The notes below the pieces were generated by a model. That model saw nothing but the letters and a program-made list of their open reading frames with translations, did not search any database and was not told where the DNA came from. From Macrostomum lignano (Eukaryota), in assembly GCA_002269645.1 (NCBI GenBank), contig NIVC01000738.1, positions 62,001 to 126,000 of the forward strand: DNA of 64,000 nucleotides, in the 5' to 3' direction. Shown here piece after piece: positions 35,201 through 47,200 of the stretch (position 1 is its first letter; the number at the start of each line of letters is the position of its first letter). The position numbers were made by a program, and so were the translations under genes.

Positions 35201-38200
35201 CTTCCGCCCCTATTGATAATTGGTCTTCCGCCCCTGTTGATGACTGGTCTTCCGCCCCTGTTGATGACTGGTCTTCCGCCCCTATTGATGACTGGTCTTC
35301 CGCCCCTGTTGATGACTGGTCTTCCGCCCCTATTGATGACTGGTCTTCCGCCCCTATTGATGACTGGTCTTCCGCCCCTGTTCATGATTGGTCTTCCGCC
35401 CCTGTTGATGACTGGTCTTCCGCCCCTATTGATAATTGGTCTTCCGCCCCTGTTGATGACTGGTCTTCCGCCCCTGTTGATGACTGGTCTTCCGCCCCTG
35501 TTGATGACTGGTCTTCCGCCCCTATTGATAATTGGTCTTCCGCCCCTGTTGATGACTGGTCTTCCGCCCCTGTTGATGACTGGTCTTCCGCCCCTATTGA
35601 TGACTGGTCTTCCGCCCCTGTTGATGACTGGTCTTCCGCCCCTGTTGATGACTGGTCTTCCGCCCCTGTTGATGACTGGTCTTCCGCCCCTGTTGATGAC
35701 TGGTCTTCCGCCCCTGTTGATGACTGGTCTTCCGCCCCTATTGATAATTGGTCTTCCGCCCCTGTTGATAATTGGTCTTCCGCCCCTATTGATGACTGGT
35801 CTTCCGCCCCTATTGATGACTGGTCTTCCGCCCCTGTTCATGATTGGTCTTCCGCCCCTGTTGATGACTGGTCTTCCGCCCCTATTGATAATTGGTCTTC
35901 CGCCCCTGTTGATGACTGGTCTTCCGCCCCTATTGATAATTGGTCTTCCGCCCCTATTGATGACTGGTCTTCCGCCCCTGTTCATGATTGGTCTTCCGCC
36001 CCTGTTGATGACTGGTCTTCCGCCCCTATTGATGACTGGTCTTCCGCCCCTATTTATGACTGGTCTTCCGCCCCTATTGATAATTGGTCTTCCGCCCCTA
36101 TTGATGACTGGTCTTCCGCCCCTGTTGATGACTGGTCTTCCGCCCCTATTGATGACTGGTCTTCCGCCCCTATTGATGACTGGTCTTCCGCCCCTATTGA
36201 TAATTGGTCTTCCGCCCCTGTTGATGACTGGTCTTCCGCCCCTGTTGATGACTGGTCTTCCGCCCTATTGATGACTGGTCTTCCGCCCCTATTGATGACT
36301 GGTCTTCCGCCCCTATTGATGACTGGTCTTCCGCCCCTATTGATAATTGGTCTTCCGCCCCTGTTGATGACTGGTCTTCCGCCCCTATTGATAATTGGTC
36401 TTCCGCCCCTGTTGATAATTGGTCTTCCGCCCCTATTGATGACTGGTCTTCCGCCCCTATTGATGACTGGTCTTCCGCCCCTGATCATGATTGGTCTTCC
36501 GCCCCTGTTGATGACTGGTCTTCCGCCCCTATTGATAATTGGTCTTCCGCCCCTGTTGATGACTGGTCTTCCGCCCCTATTGATAATTGGTCTTCCGCCC
36601 CTGTTGATAATTGGTCTTCCGCCCCTATTGATGACTGGTCTTCCGCCCCTATTGATGACTGGTCTTCCGCCCCTATTGATGACTGGTCTTCCGCCCCTAT
36701 TGATGACTGGTCTTCCGCCCTTATTGATAATTGGTCTTCCGCCCCTGTTGATGACTGGTCTTCCGCCCCTATTGATAATTGGTCTTCCGCCCCTGTTGAT
36801 AATTGGTCTTCCGCCCCTATTGATGACTGGTCTTCCGCCCCTATTGATGACTGGTCTTCCGCCCCTATTGATGACTGGTCTTCCGCCCCTGATCATGATT
36901 GGTCTTCCGCCCCTGTTGATGACTGGTCTTCCGCCCCTATTGATAATTGGTCTTCCGCCCCTGTTGATGACTGGTCTTCCGCCCCTATTGATAATTGGTC
37001 TTCCGCCCCTGTTGATAATTGGTCTTCCGCCCCTATTGATGACTGGTCTTCCGCCCCTATTGATGACTGGTCTTCCGCCCCTATTGATGACTGGTCTTCC
37101 GCCCCTATTGATGACTGGTCTTCCGCCCCTATTGATAATTGGTCTTCCGCCCCTGTTGATGACTGGTCTTCCGCCCCTATTGATAATTGGTCTTCCGCCC
37201 CTGTTGATAATTGGTCTTCCGCCCCTATTGATGACTGGTCTTCCGCCCCTATTGATGACTGGTCTTCCGCCCCTGTTCATGATTGGTCTTCCGCCCCTGT
37301 TGATGACTGGTCTTCCGCCCCTATTGATAATTGGTCTTCCGCCCCTGTTGATGACTGGTCTTCCGCCCCTATTGATAATTGGTCTTCCGCCCCTATTGAT
37401 GACTGGTCTTCCGCCCCTGTTCATGATTGGTCTTCCGCCCCTGTTGATGACTGGTCTTCCGCCCCTGTTGATGACTGGTCTTCCGCCCCTATTGATAATT
37501 GGTCTTCCGCCCCTGTTGATGACTGGTCTTCCGCCCCTGTTGATGACTGGTCTTCCGCCCCTATTGATGACTGGTCTTCCGCCCCTGTTGATGACTGGTC
37601 TTCCGCCCCTATTGATGACTGGTCTTCCGCCCCTATTGATGACTGGTCTTCCGCCCCTATTGATAATTGGTCTTCCGCCCCTGTTGATGACTGGTCTTCC
37701 GCCCCTGTTGATGACTGGTCTTCCGCCTCTATTGATGACTGGTCTTCCGCCCCTATTGATGACTGGTCTTCCGCCCCTATTGATGACTGGTCTTCCGCCC
37801 CTATTGATAATTGGTCTTCCGCCCCTGTTGATGACTGGTCTTCCGCCCCTATTGATAATTGGTCTTCCGCCCCTGTTGATAATTGGTCTTCCGCCCCTAT
37901 TGATGACTGGTCTTCCGCCCCTATTGATGACTGGTCTTCCGCCCCTGTTCATGATTGGTCTTCCGCCCCTGTTGATGACTGGTCTTCCGCCCCTATTGAT
38001 AATTGGTCTTCCGCCCCTGTTGATGACTGTCTTCCGCCCCTATTGATAATTGGTCTTCCGCCCCTATTGATGACTGGTCTTCCGCCCCTGTTCATGATTG
38101 GTCTTCCGCCCCTGTTGATGACTGGTCTTCCGCCCCTGTTGATGACTGGTCTTCCGCCCCTATTGATAATTGGTCTTCCGCCCCTGTTGATGACTGGTCT

Positions 38201-41200
38201 TCCGCCCCTGTTGATGACTGGTCTTCCGCCCCTATTGATGACTGGTCTTCCGCCCCTGTTGATGACTGGTCTTCCGCCCCTATTGATGACTGGTCTTCCG
38301 CCCCTATTGATGACTGGTCTTCCGCCCCTGTTCATGATTGGTCTTCCGCCCCTGTTGATGACTGGTCTTCCGCCCCTATTGATAATTGGTCTTCCGCCCC
38401 TGTTGATGACTGGTCTTCCGCCCCTGTTGATGACTGGTCTTCCGCCCCTGTTGATGACTGGTCTTCCGCCCCTATTGATAATTGGTCTTCCGCCCCTGTT
38501 GATGACTGGTCTTCCGCCCCTGTTGATGACTGGTCTTCCGCCCCTATTGATGACTGGTCTTCCGCCCCTGTTGATGACTGGTCTTCCGCCCCTGTTGATG
38601 ACTGGTCTTCCGCCCCTGTTGATGACTGGTCTTCCGCCCCTGTTGATGACTGGTCTTCCGCCCCTGTTGATGACTGGTCTTCCGCCCCTATTGATAATTG
38701 GTCTTCCGCCCCTGTTGATAATTGGTCTTCCGCCCCTATTGATGACTGGTCTTCCGCCCCTATTGATGACTGGTCTTCCGCCCCTGTTCATGATTGGTCT
38801 TCCGCCCCTGTTGATGACTGGTCTTCCGCCCCTATTGATAATTGGTCTTCCGCCCCTGTTGATGACTGGTCTTCCGCCCCTATTGATAATTGGTCTTCCG
38901 CCCCTATTGATGACTGGTCTTCCGCCCCTGTTCATGATTGGTCTTCCGCCCCTGTTGATGACTGGTCTTCCGCCCCTATTGATGACTGGTCTTCCGCCCC
39001 TATTGATGACTGGTCTTCCGCCCCTATTGATAATTGGTCTTCCGCCCCTATTGATGACTGGTCTTCCGCCCCTGTTGATGACTGGTCTTCCGCCCCTATT
39101 GATGACTGGTCTTCCGCCCCTATTGATGACTGGTCTTCCGCCCCTATTGATAATTGGTCTTCCGCCCCTGTTGATGACTGGTCTTCCGCCCCTATTGATG
39201 ACTGGTCTTCCGCCCCTATTGATAATTGGTCTTCCGCCCCTGTTGATGACTGGTCTTCCGCCCCTATTGATAATTGGTCTTCCGCCCCTGTTGATAATTG
39301 GTCTTCCGCCCCTATTGATGACTGGTCTTCCGCCCCTATTGATGACTGGTCTTCCGCCCCTGATCATGATTGGTCTTCCGCCCCTGTTGATGACTGGTCT
39401 TCCGCCCCTATTGATAATTGGTCTTCCGCCCCTGTTGATGACTGGTCTTCCGCCCCTATTGATAATTGGTCTTCCGCCCCTGTTGATAATTGGTCTTCCG
39501 CCCCTATTGATGACTGGTCTTCCGCCCCTATTGATGACTGGTCTTCCGCCCCTATTGATGACTGGTCTTCCGCCCCTATTGATGACTGGTCTTCCGCCCC
39601 TATTGATAATTGGTCTTCCGCCCCTGTTGATGACTGGTCTTCCGCCCCTATTGATAATTGGTCTTCCGCCCCTGTTGATGACTGGTCTTCCGCCCCTATT
39701 GATGACTGGTCTTCCGCCCCTATTGATGACTGGTCTTCCGCCCCTGTTGATGATTGGTCTTCCGCCCCTGTTGATGACTGGTCTTCCGCCCCTATTGATA
39801 ATTGGTCTTCCGCCCCTGTTGATGACTGGTCTTCCGCCCCTATTGATGAATTGGTCTTCCGCCCCTATTGATGACTGGTCTTCCGCCCCTGTTCATGATT
39901 GGTCTTCCGCCCCTGTTGATGACTGGTCTTCCGCCCCTGTTGATGACTGGTCTTCCGCCCCTATTGATGACTGGTCTTCCGCCCCTATTGATGACTGGTC
40001 TTCCGCCCCTATTGATGACTGGTCTTCCGCCCCTGTTCATGATTGGTCTTCCGCCCCTGTTGATGACTGGTCTTCCGCCCCTATTGATAATTGGTCTTCC
40101 GCCCCTGTTGATGACTGGTCTTCCGCCCCTATTGATAATTGGTCTTCCGCCCCTATTGATGACTGGTCTTCCGCCCCTGTTGATGATTGGTCTTCCGCCC
40201 CTGTTGATGACTGGTCTTCCGCCCCTGTTGATGACTGGTCTTCCGCCCCTATTGATGACTTGGTCTTCCGCCCCTGTTGATGACTGGTCTTCCGCCCCTG
40301 TTGATGACTGGTCTTCCGCCCCTATTGATGACTGGTCTTCCGCCCCTGTTGATGACTGGTCTTCCGCCCCTATTGATGACTGGTCTTCCGCCCCTATTGA
40401 TGACTGGTCTTCCGCCCCTATTGATAATTGGTCTTCCGCCCCTGTTGATGACTGGTCTTCCGCCCCTATTGATGACTGGTCTTCCGCCCCTATTGATGAC
40501 TGGTCTTCCGCCCCTATTGATGACTGGTCTTCCGCCCCTATTGATGACTGGTCTTCCGCCCCTATTGATAATTGGTCTTCCGCCCCTGTTGATGACTGGT
40601 CTTCCGCCCCTATTGATGAATGGTCTTCCGCCCCTGTTGATGACTGGTCTTCCGCCCCTATTGATGACTGGTCTTCCGCCCCTATTGATGACTGGTCTTC
40701 CGCCCCTATGATTGGTCTTCCGCCCCTGTTGATGACTGGTCTTCCGCCCCTATTGATAATTGGTCTTCCGCCCCTGTTGATGACTGGTCTTCCGCCCCTA
40801 TTGATGAATTGGTCTTCCGCCCCTATTGATGACTGGTCTTCCGCCCCTGTTGATGACTTGGTCTTCCGCCCCTGTTGATGACTGGTCTTCCGCCCCTGTT
40901 GATGACTGGTCTTCCGCCCCTGTTGATGACTGGTCTTCCGCCCCTGTTGATGACTGGTCTTCCGCCCCTGTTGATGACTGGTCTTCCGCCCCTATTGATG
41001 ACTGGTCTTCCGCCCCTGTTGATGACTGGTCTTCCGCCCCTATTGATGACTGGTCTTCCGCCCCTATTGATGACTGGTCTTCCGCCCCTGTTGATGATGG
41101 TCTTCCGCCCCTGTTGATGACTGGTCTTCCGCCCCTATTGATGACTGGTCTTCCGCCCCTGTTGATGACTGGTCTTCCGCCCCTGTTGATACTGGTCTTC

Positions 41201-44200
41201 CGCCCCTGTTGATGACTGGTCTTCCGCCCCTGTTGATGACTGGTCTTCCGCCCCTGTTGATGACTGGTCTTCCGCCCCTGTTGATGACTGGTCTTCCGCC
41301 CCTATTGATGACTGGTCTTCCGCCCCTGTTGATGACTGGTCTTCCGCCCCTGTTGATGACTGGTCTTCCGCCCCTGTTGATGACTGGTCTTCCGCCCCTA
41401 TTGATGAATGGTCTTCCGCCCCTGTTGATGACTGGTCTTCCGCCCCTATTGATGACTGGTCTTCCGCCCCTATTGATGACTGGTCTTCCGCCCCTGTTGA
41501 TGATTGGTCTTCCGCCCCTGTTGATGACTGGTCTTCCGCCCCTATTGATGAATTGGTCTTCCGCCCCTGTTGATGACTGGTCTTCCGCCCCTATTGATAA
41601 TTGGTCTTCCGCCCCTATTGATGACTGGTCTTCCGCCCCTATTGATGATTGGTCTTCCGCCCCTATTGATGACTGGTCTTCCGCCCCTATTGATGACTGG
41701 TCTTCCGCCCCTATTGATGACTGGTCTTCCGCCCCTATTGATGACTGGTCTTCCGCCCCTATTGATGACTGGTCTTCCGCCCCTATTGATGACTGGTCTT
41801 CCGCCCCTATTGATGACTGGTCTTCCGCCCCTATTGATGACTGGTCTTCCGCCCCTATTGATGACTGGTCTTCCGCCCCTGTTGATGACTGGTCTTCCGC
41901 CCCTATTGATGACTGGTCTTCCGCCCCTATTGATGACTGGTCTTCCGCCCCTATTGATGACTGGTCTTCCGCCCCTATTGATGACTGGTCTTCCGCCCCT
42001 ATTGATGACTTGGTCTTCCGCCCCTGTTGATGACTGGTCTTCCGCCCCTATTGATAATTGGTCTTCCGCCCCTGTTGATGACTGGTCTTCCGCCCCTATT
42101 GATGACTTGGTCTTCCGCCCCTGTTGATGACTGGTCTTCCGCCCCTATTGATGACTGGTCTTCCGCCCCTATTGATGACTGGTCTTCCGCCCCTATTGAT
42201 AATGGTCTTCCGCCCCTGTTGATGACTGGTCTTCCGCCCCTATTGATAATTGGTCTTCCGCCCCTGTTGATGACTGGTCTTCCGCCCCTATTGATGACTG
42301 GTCTTCCGCCCCTATTGATGACTGGTCTTCCGCCCCTATTGATGACTGGTCTTCCGCCCCTATTGATGACTGGTCTTCCGCCCCTATTGATGACTGGTCT
42401 TCCGCCCCTATTGATGACTGGTCTTCCGCCCCTATTGATAATTGGTCTTCCGCCCCTGTTGATGACTGGTCTTCCGCCCCTATTGATGACTGGTCTTCCG
42501 CCCCTATTGATGACTGGTCTTCCGCCCCTATTGATGACTGGTCTTCCGCCCCTATTGATGACTGGTCTTCCGCCCCTATTGATGACTGGTCTTCCGCCCC
42601 TATTGATAATTGGTCTTCCGCCCCTGTTGATGACTGGTCTTCCGCCCCTATTGATAATTGGTCTTCCGCCCCTGTTGATGACTGGTCTTCCGCCCCTATT
42701 GATGACTGGTCTTCCGCCCCTATTGATGACTGGTCTTCCGCCCCTATTGATGACTGGTCTTCCGCCCCTATTGATGACTGGTCTTCCGCCCCTATTGATG
42801 ACTGGTCTTCCGCCCCTGTTGATGACTGGTCTTCCGCCCCTATTGATAATTGGTCTTCCGCCCCTGTTGATGACTGGTCTTCCGCCCCTATTGATGACTG
42901 GTCTTCCGCCCCTGTTGATGACTGGTCTTCCGCCCCTATTGATGACTGGTCTTCCGCCCCTGTTGATGACTGGTCTTCCGCCCCTGTTGATGAATTGGTC
43001 TTCCGCCCCTGTTGATGACTGGTCTTCCGCCCCTATTGATAATTGGTCTTCCGCCCCTGTTGATGACTGGTCTTCCGCCCCTGTTGATGATTGGTCTTCC
43101 GCCCCTGTTGATGACTGGTCTTCCGCCCCTGTTGATGACTGGTCTTCCGCCCCTGTTGATGACTGGTCTTCCGCCCCTGTTGATGACTGGTCTTCCGCCC
43201 CTATTGATGACTGGTCTTCCGCCCCTGTTGATGACTGGTCTTCCGCCCCTGTTGATGACTGGTCTTCCGCCCCTATTGATGACTGGTCTTCCGCCCCTAT
43301 TGATGACTGGTCTTCCGCCCCTATTGATGAATTGGTCTTCCGCCCCTGTTGATGACTGGTCTTCCGCCCCTGTTGATGACTGGTCTTCCGCCCCTATTGA
43401 TGACTGGTCTTCCGCCCCTATTGATGACTGGTCTTCCGCCCCTATTGATGACTGGTCTTCCGCCCCTATTGATGAATTGGTCTTCCGCCCCTGTTGATGA
43501 CTGGTCTTCCGCCCCTATTGATAATTGGTCTTCCGCCCCTGTTGATGACTGGTCTTCCGCCCCTATTGATGACTGGTCTTCCGCCCCTATTGATGACTGG
43601 TCTTCCGCCCCTGTTGATGACTGGTCTTCCGCCCCTGTTGATGACTGGTCTTCCGCCCCTATTGATAATTGGTCTTCCGCCCCTGTTGATGACTGGTCTT
43701 CCGCCCCTATTGATAATTGGTCTTCCGCCCCTGTTGATGACTGGTCTTCCGCCCCTATTGATAATTGGTCTTCCGCCCCTGTTGATGACTGGTCTTCCGC
43801 CCCTGTTGATGACTGGTCTTCCGCCCCTATTGATACTGGTCTTCCGCCCCTGTTGATGACTGGTCTTCCGCCCCTGTTGATGACTGGTCTTCCGCCCCTA
43901 TTGATGACTGGTCTTCCGCCCCTGTTGATGACTGGTCTTCCGCCCCTATTGATGACTGGTCTTCCGCCCCTATTGATGACTGGTCTTCCGCCCCTGTTGA
44001 TGACTTGGTCTTCCGCCCCTGTTGATGACTGGTCTTCCGCCCCTATTGATGATTGGTCTTCCGCCCCTGTTGATGACTGGTCTTCCGCCCCTGTTGATGA
44101 CTGGTCTTCCGCCCCTGTTGATGACTGGTCTTCCGCCCCTGTTGATGACTGGTCTTCCGCCCCTGTTGATGACTGGTCTTCCGCCCCTGTTGATGACTGG

Positions 44201-47200
44201 TCTTCCGCCCCTATTGATGACTGGTCTTCCGCCCCTGTTGATGACTGGTCTTCCGCCCCTGTTGATGACTGGTCTTCCGCCCCTGTTGATGACTGGTCTT
44301 CCGCCCCTGTTGATGACTGGTCTTCCGCCCCTGTTGATGACTGGTCTTCCGCCCCTATTGATAATTGGTCTTCCGCCCCTGTTGATGACTGGTCTTCCGC
44401 CCCTATTGATGACTGGTCTTCCGCCCCTATTGATGACTGGTCTTCCGCCCCTGTTGATGACTGGTCTTCCGCCCCTGTTGATGACTGGTCTTCCGCCCCT
44501 ATTGATAATTGGTCTTCCGCCCCTGTTGATGACTGGTCTTCCGCCCCTATTGATAATTGGTCTTCCGCCCCTATTGATGACTGGTCTTCCGCCCCTGTTG
44601 ATGATTGGTCTTCCGCCCCTGTTGATGACTGGTCTTCCGCCCCTATTGATGACTGGTCTTCCGCCCCTATTGATGACTGGTCTTCCGCCCCTATTGATGA
44701 CTGGTCTTCCGCCCCTATTGATGACTGGTCTTCCGCCCCTATTGATGACTGGTCTTCCGCCCCTATTGATGACTGGTCTTCCGCCCCTATTGATGACTGG
44801 TCTTCCGCCCCTATTGATGACTGGTCTTCCGCCCCTATTGATGACTGGTCTTCCGCCCCTATTGATGACTGGTCTTCCGCCCCTATTGATAATTGGTCTT
44901 CCGCCCCTGTTGATGACTGGTCTTCCGCCCCTATTGATAATTGGTCTTCCGCCCCTGTTGATGACTGGTCTTCCGCCCCTATTGATGACTGGTCTTCCGC
45001 CCCTATTGATGACTGGTCTTCCGCCCCTGATTGATGACTGGTCTTCCGCCCCTGTTGATGACTGGTCTTCCGCCCCTATTGATAATTGGTCTTCCGCCCC
45101 TGTTGATGACTGGTCTTCCGCCCCTATTGATAATTGGTCTTCCGCCCCTGTTGATGACTGGTCTTCCGCCCCTATTGATGACTGGTCTTCCGCCCCTATT
45201 GATGACTGGTCTTCCGCCCCTATTGATGACTGGTCTTCCGCCCCTATTGATGACTGGTCTTCCGCCCCTATTGATAATTGGTCTTCCGCCCCTGTTGATG
45301 ACTGGTCTTCCGCCCCTATTGATAATTGGTCTTCCGCCCCTGTTGATGACTGGTCTTCCGCCCCTATTGATGACTGGTCTTCCGCCCCTATTGATGACTG
45401 GTCTTCCGCCCCTGTTGATGATTGGTCTTCCGCCCCTGTTGATGACTGGTCTTCCGCCCCTATTGATAATTGGTCTTCCGCCCCTGTTGATGACTGGTCT
45501 TCCGCCCCTATTGATAATTGGTCTTCCGCCCCTGTTGATGACTGGTCTTCCGCCCCTGTTGATGATTGGTCTTCCGCCCCTGTTGATGACTGGTCTTCCG
45601 CCCCTGTTGATGACTGGTCTTCCGCCCCTATTGATGACTGGTCTTCCGCCCCTGTTGATGACTGGTCTTCCGCCCCTGTTGATGACTGGTCTTCCGCCCC
45701 TATTGATGACTGGTCTTCCGCCCCTGTTGATGACTGGTCTTCCGCCCCTATTGATGACTGGTCTTCCGCCCCTATTGATGACTGGTCTTCCGCCCCTATT
45801 GATAATTGGTCTTCCGCCCCTGTTGATGACTGGTCTTCCGCCCCTGTTGATGACTGGTCTTCCGCCCCTATTGATGACTGGTCTTCCGCCCCTATTGATG
45901 ACTGGTCTTCCGCCCCTATTGATGACTGGTCTTCCGCCCCTATTGATAATTGGTCTTCCGCCCCTGTTGATGACTGGTCTTCCGCCCCTATTGATAATTG
46001 GTCTTCCGCCCCTGTTGATACTGGTCTTCCGCCCCTATTGATGACTGGTCTTCCGCCCCTATTGATGACTGGTCTTCCGCCCCTGTTCATGATTGGTCTT
46101 CCGCCCCTGTTGATGACTGGTCTTCCGCCCCTATTGATAATTGGTCTTCCGCCCCTGTTGATGACTGGTCTTCCGCCCCTATTGATAATTGGTCTTCCGC
46201 CCCTGTTGATGACTGGTCTTCCGCCCCTGTTGATGATTGGTCTTCCGCCCCTGTTGATGACTGGTCTTCCGCCCCTGTTGATGACTGGTCTTCCGCCCCT
46301 ATTGATGACTGGTCTTCCGCCCCTGTTGATGACTGGTCTTCCGCCCCTGTTGATGACTGGTCTTCCGCCCCTATTGATGACTGGTCTTCCGCCCCTGTTG
46401 ATGACTGGTCTTCCGCCCCTATTGATGACTGGTCTTCCGCCCCTATTGATGACTGGTCTTCCGCCCCTGTTGATGATTGGTCTTCCGCCCCTGTTGATGA
46501 CTGGTCTTCCGCCCCTATTGATGAATTGGTCTTCCGCCCCTGTTGATGACTGGTCTTCCGCCCCTGTTGATGACTGGTCTTCCGCCCCTGTTGATGACTG
46601 GTCTTCCGCCCCTATTGATGACTGGTCTTCCGCCCCTGTTGATGACTGGTCTTCCGCCCCTGTTGATGACTGGTCTTCCGCCCCTATTGATGACTGGTCT
46701 TCCGCCCCTGTTGATGACTGGTCTTCCGCCCCTGTTGATGACTGGTCTTCCGCCCCTGTTGATGACTGGTCTTCCGCCCCTGTTGATGACTGGTCTTCCG
46801 CCCCTGTTGATGACTGGTCTTCCGCCCCTATTGATAATTGGTCTTCCGCCCCTGTTGATGACTGGTCTTCCGCCCCTATTGATAATTGGTCTTCCGCCCC
46901 TATTGATGACTGGTCTTCTTCCGCCCCTATTGATGACTGGTCTTCCGCCCCTGTTCATGATTGGTCTTCCGCCCCTGTTGATGACTGGTCTTCCGCCCCT
47001 ATTGATAATTGGTCTTCCGCCCCTGTTGATGACTGGTCTTCCGCCCCTATTGATAATTGGTCTTCCGCCCCTATTGATGACTGGTCTTCCGCCCCTGTTC
47101 ATGATTGGTCTTCCGCCCCTGTTGATGACTGGTCTTCCGCCCCTGTTGATGACTGGTCTTCCGCCCCTGTTGATGACTGGTCTTCCGCCCCTATTGATAA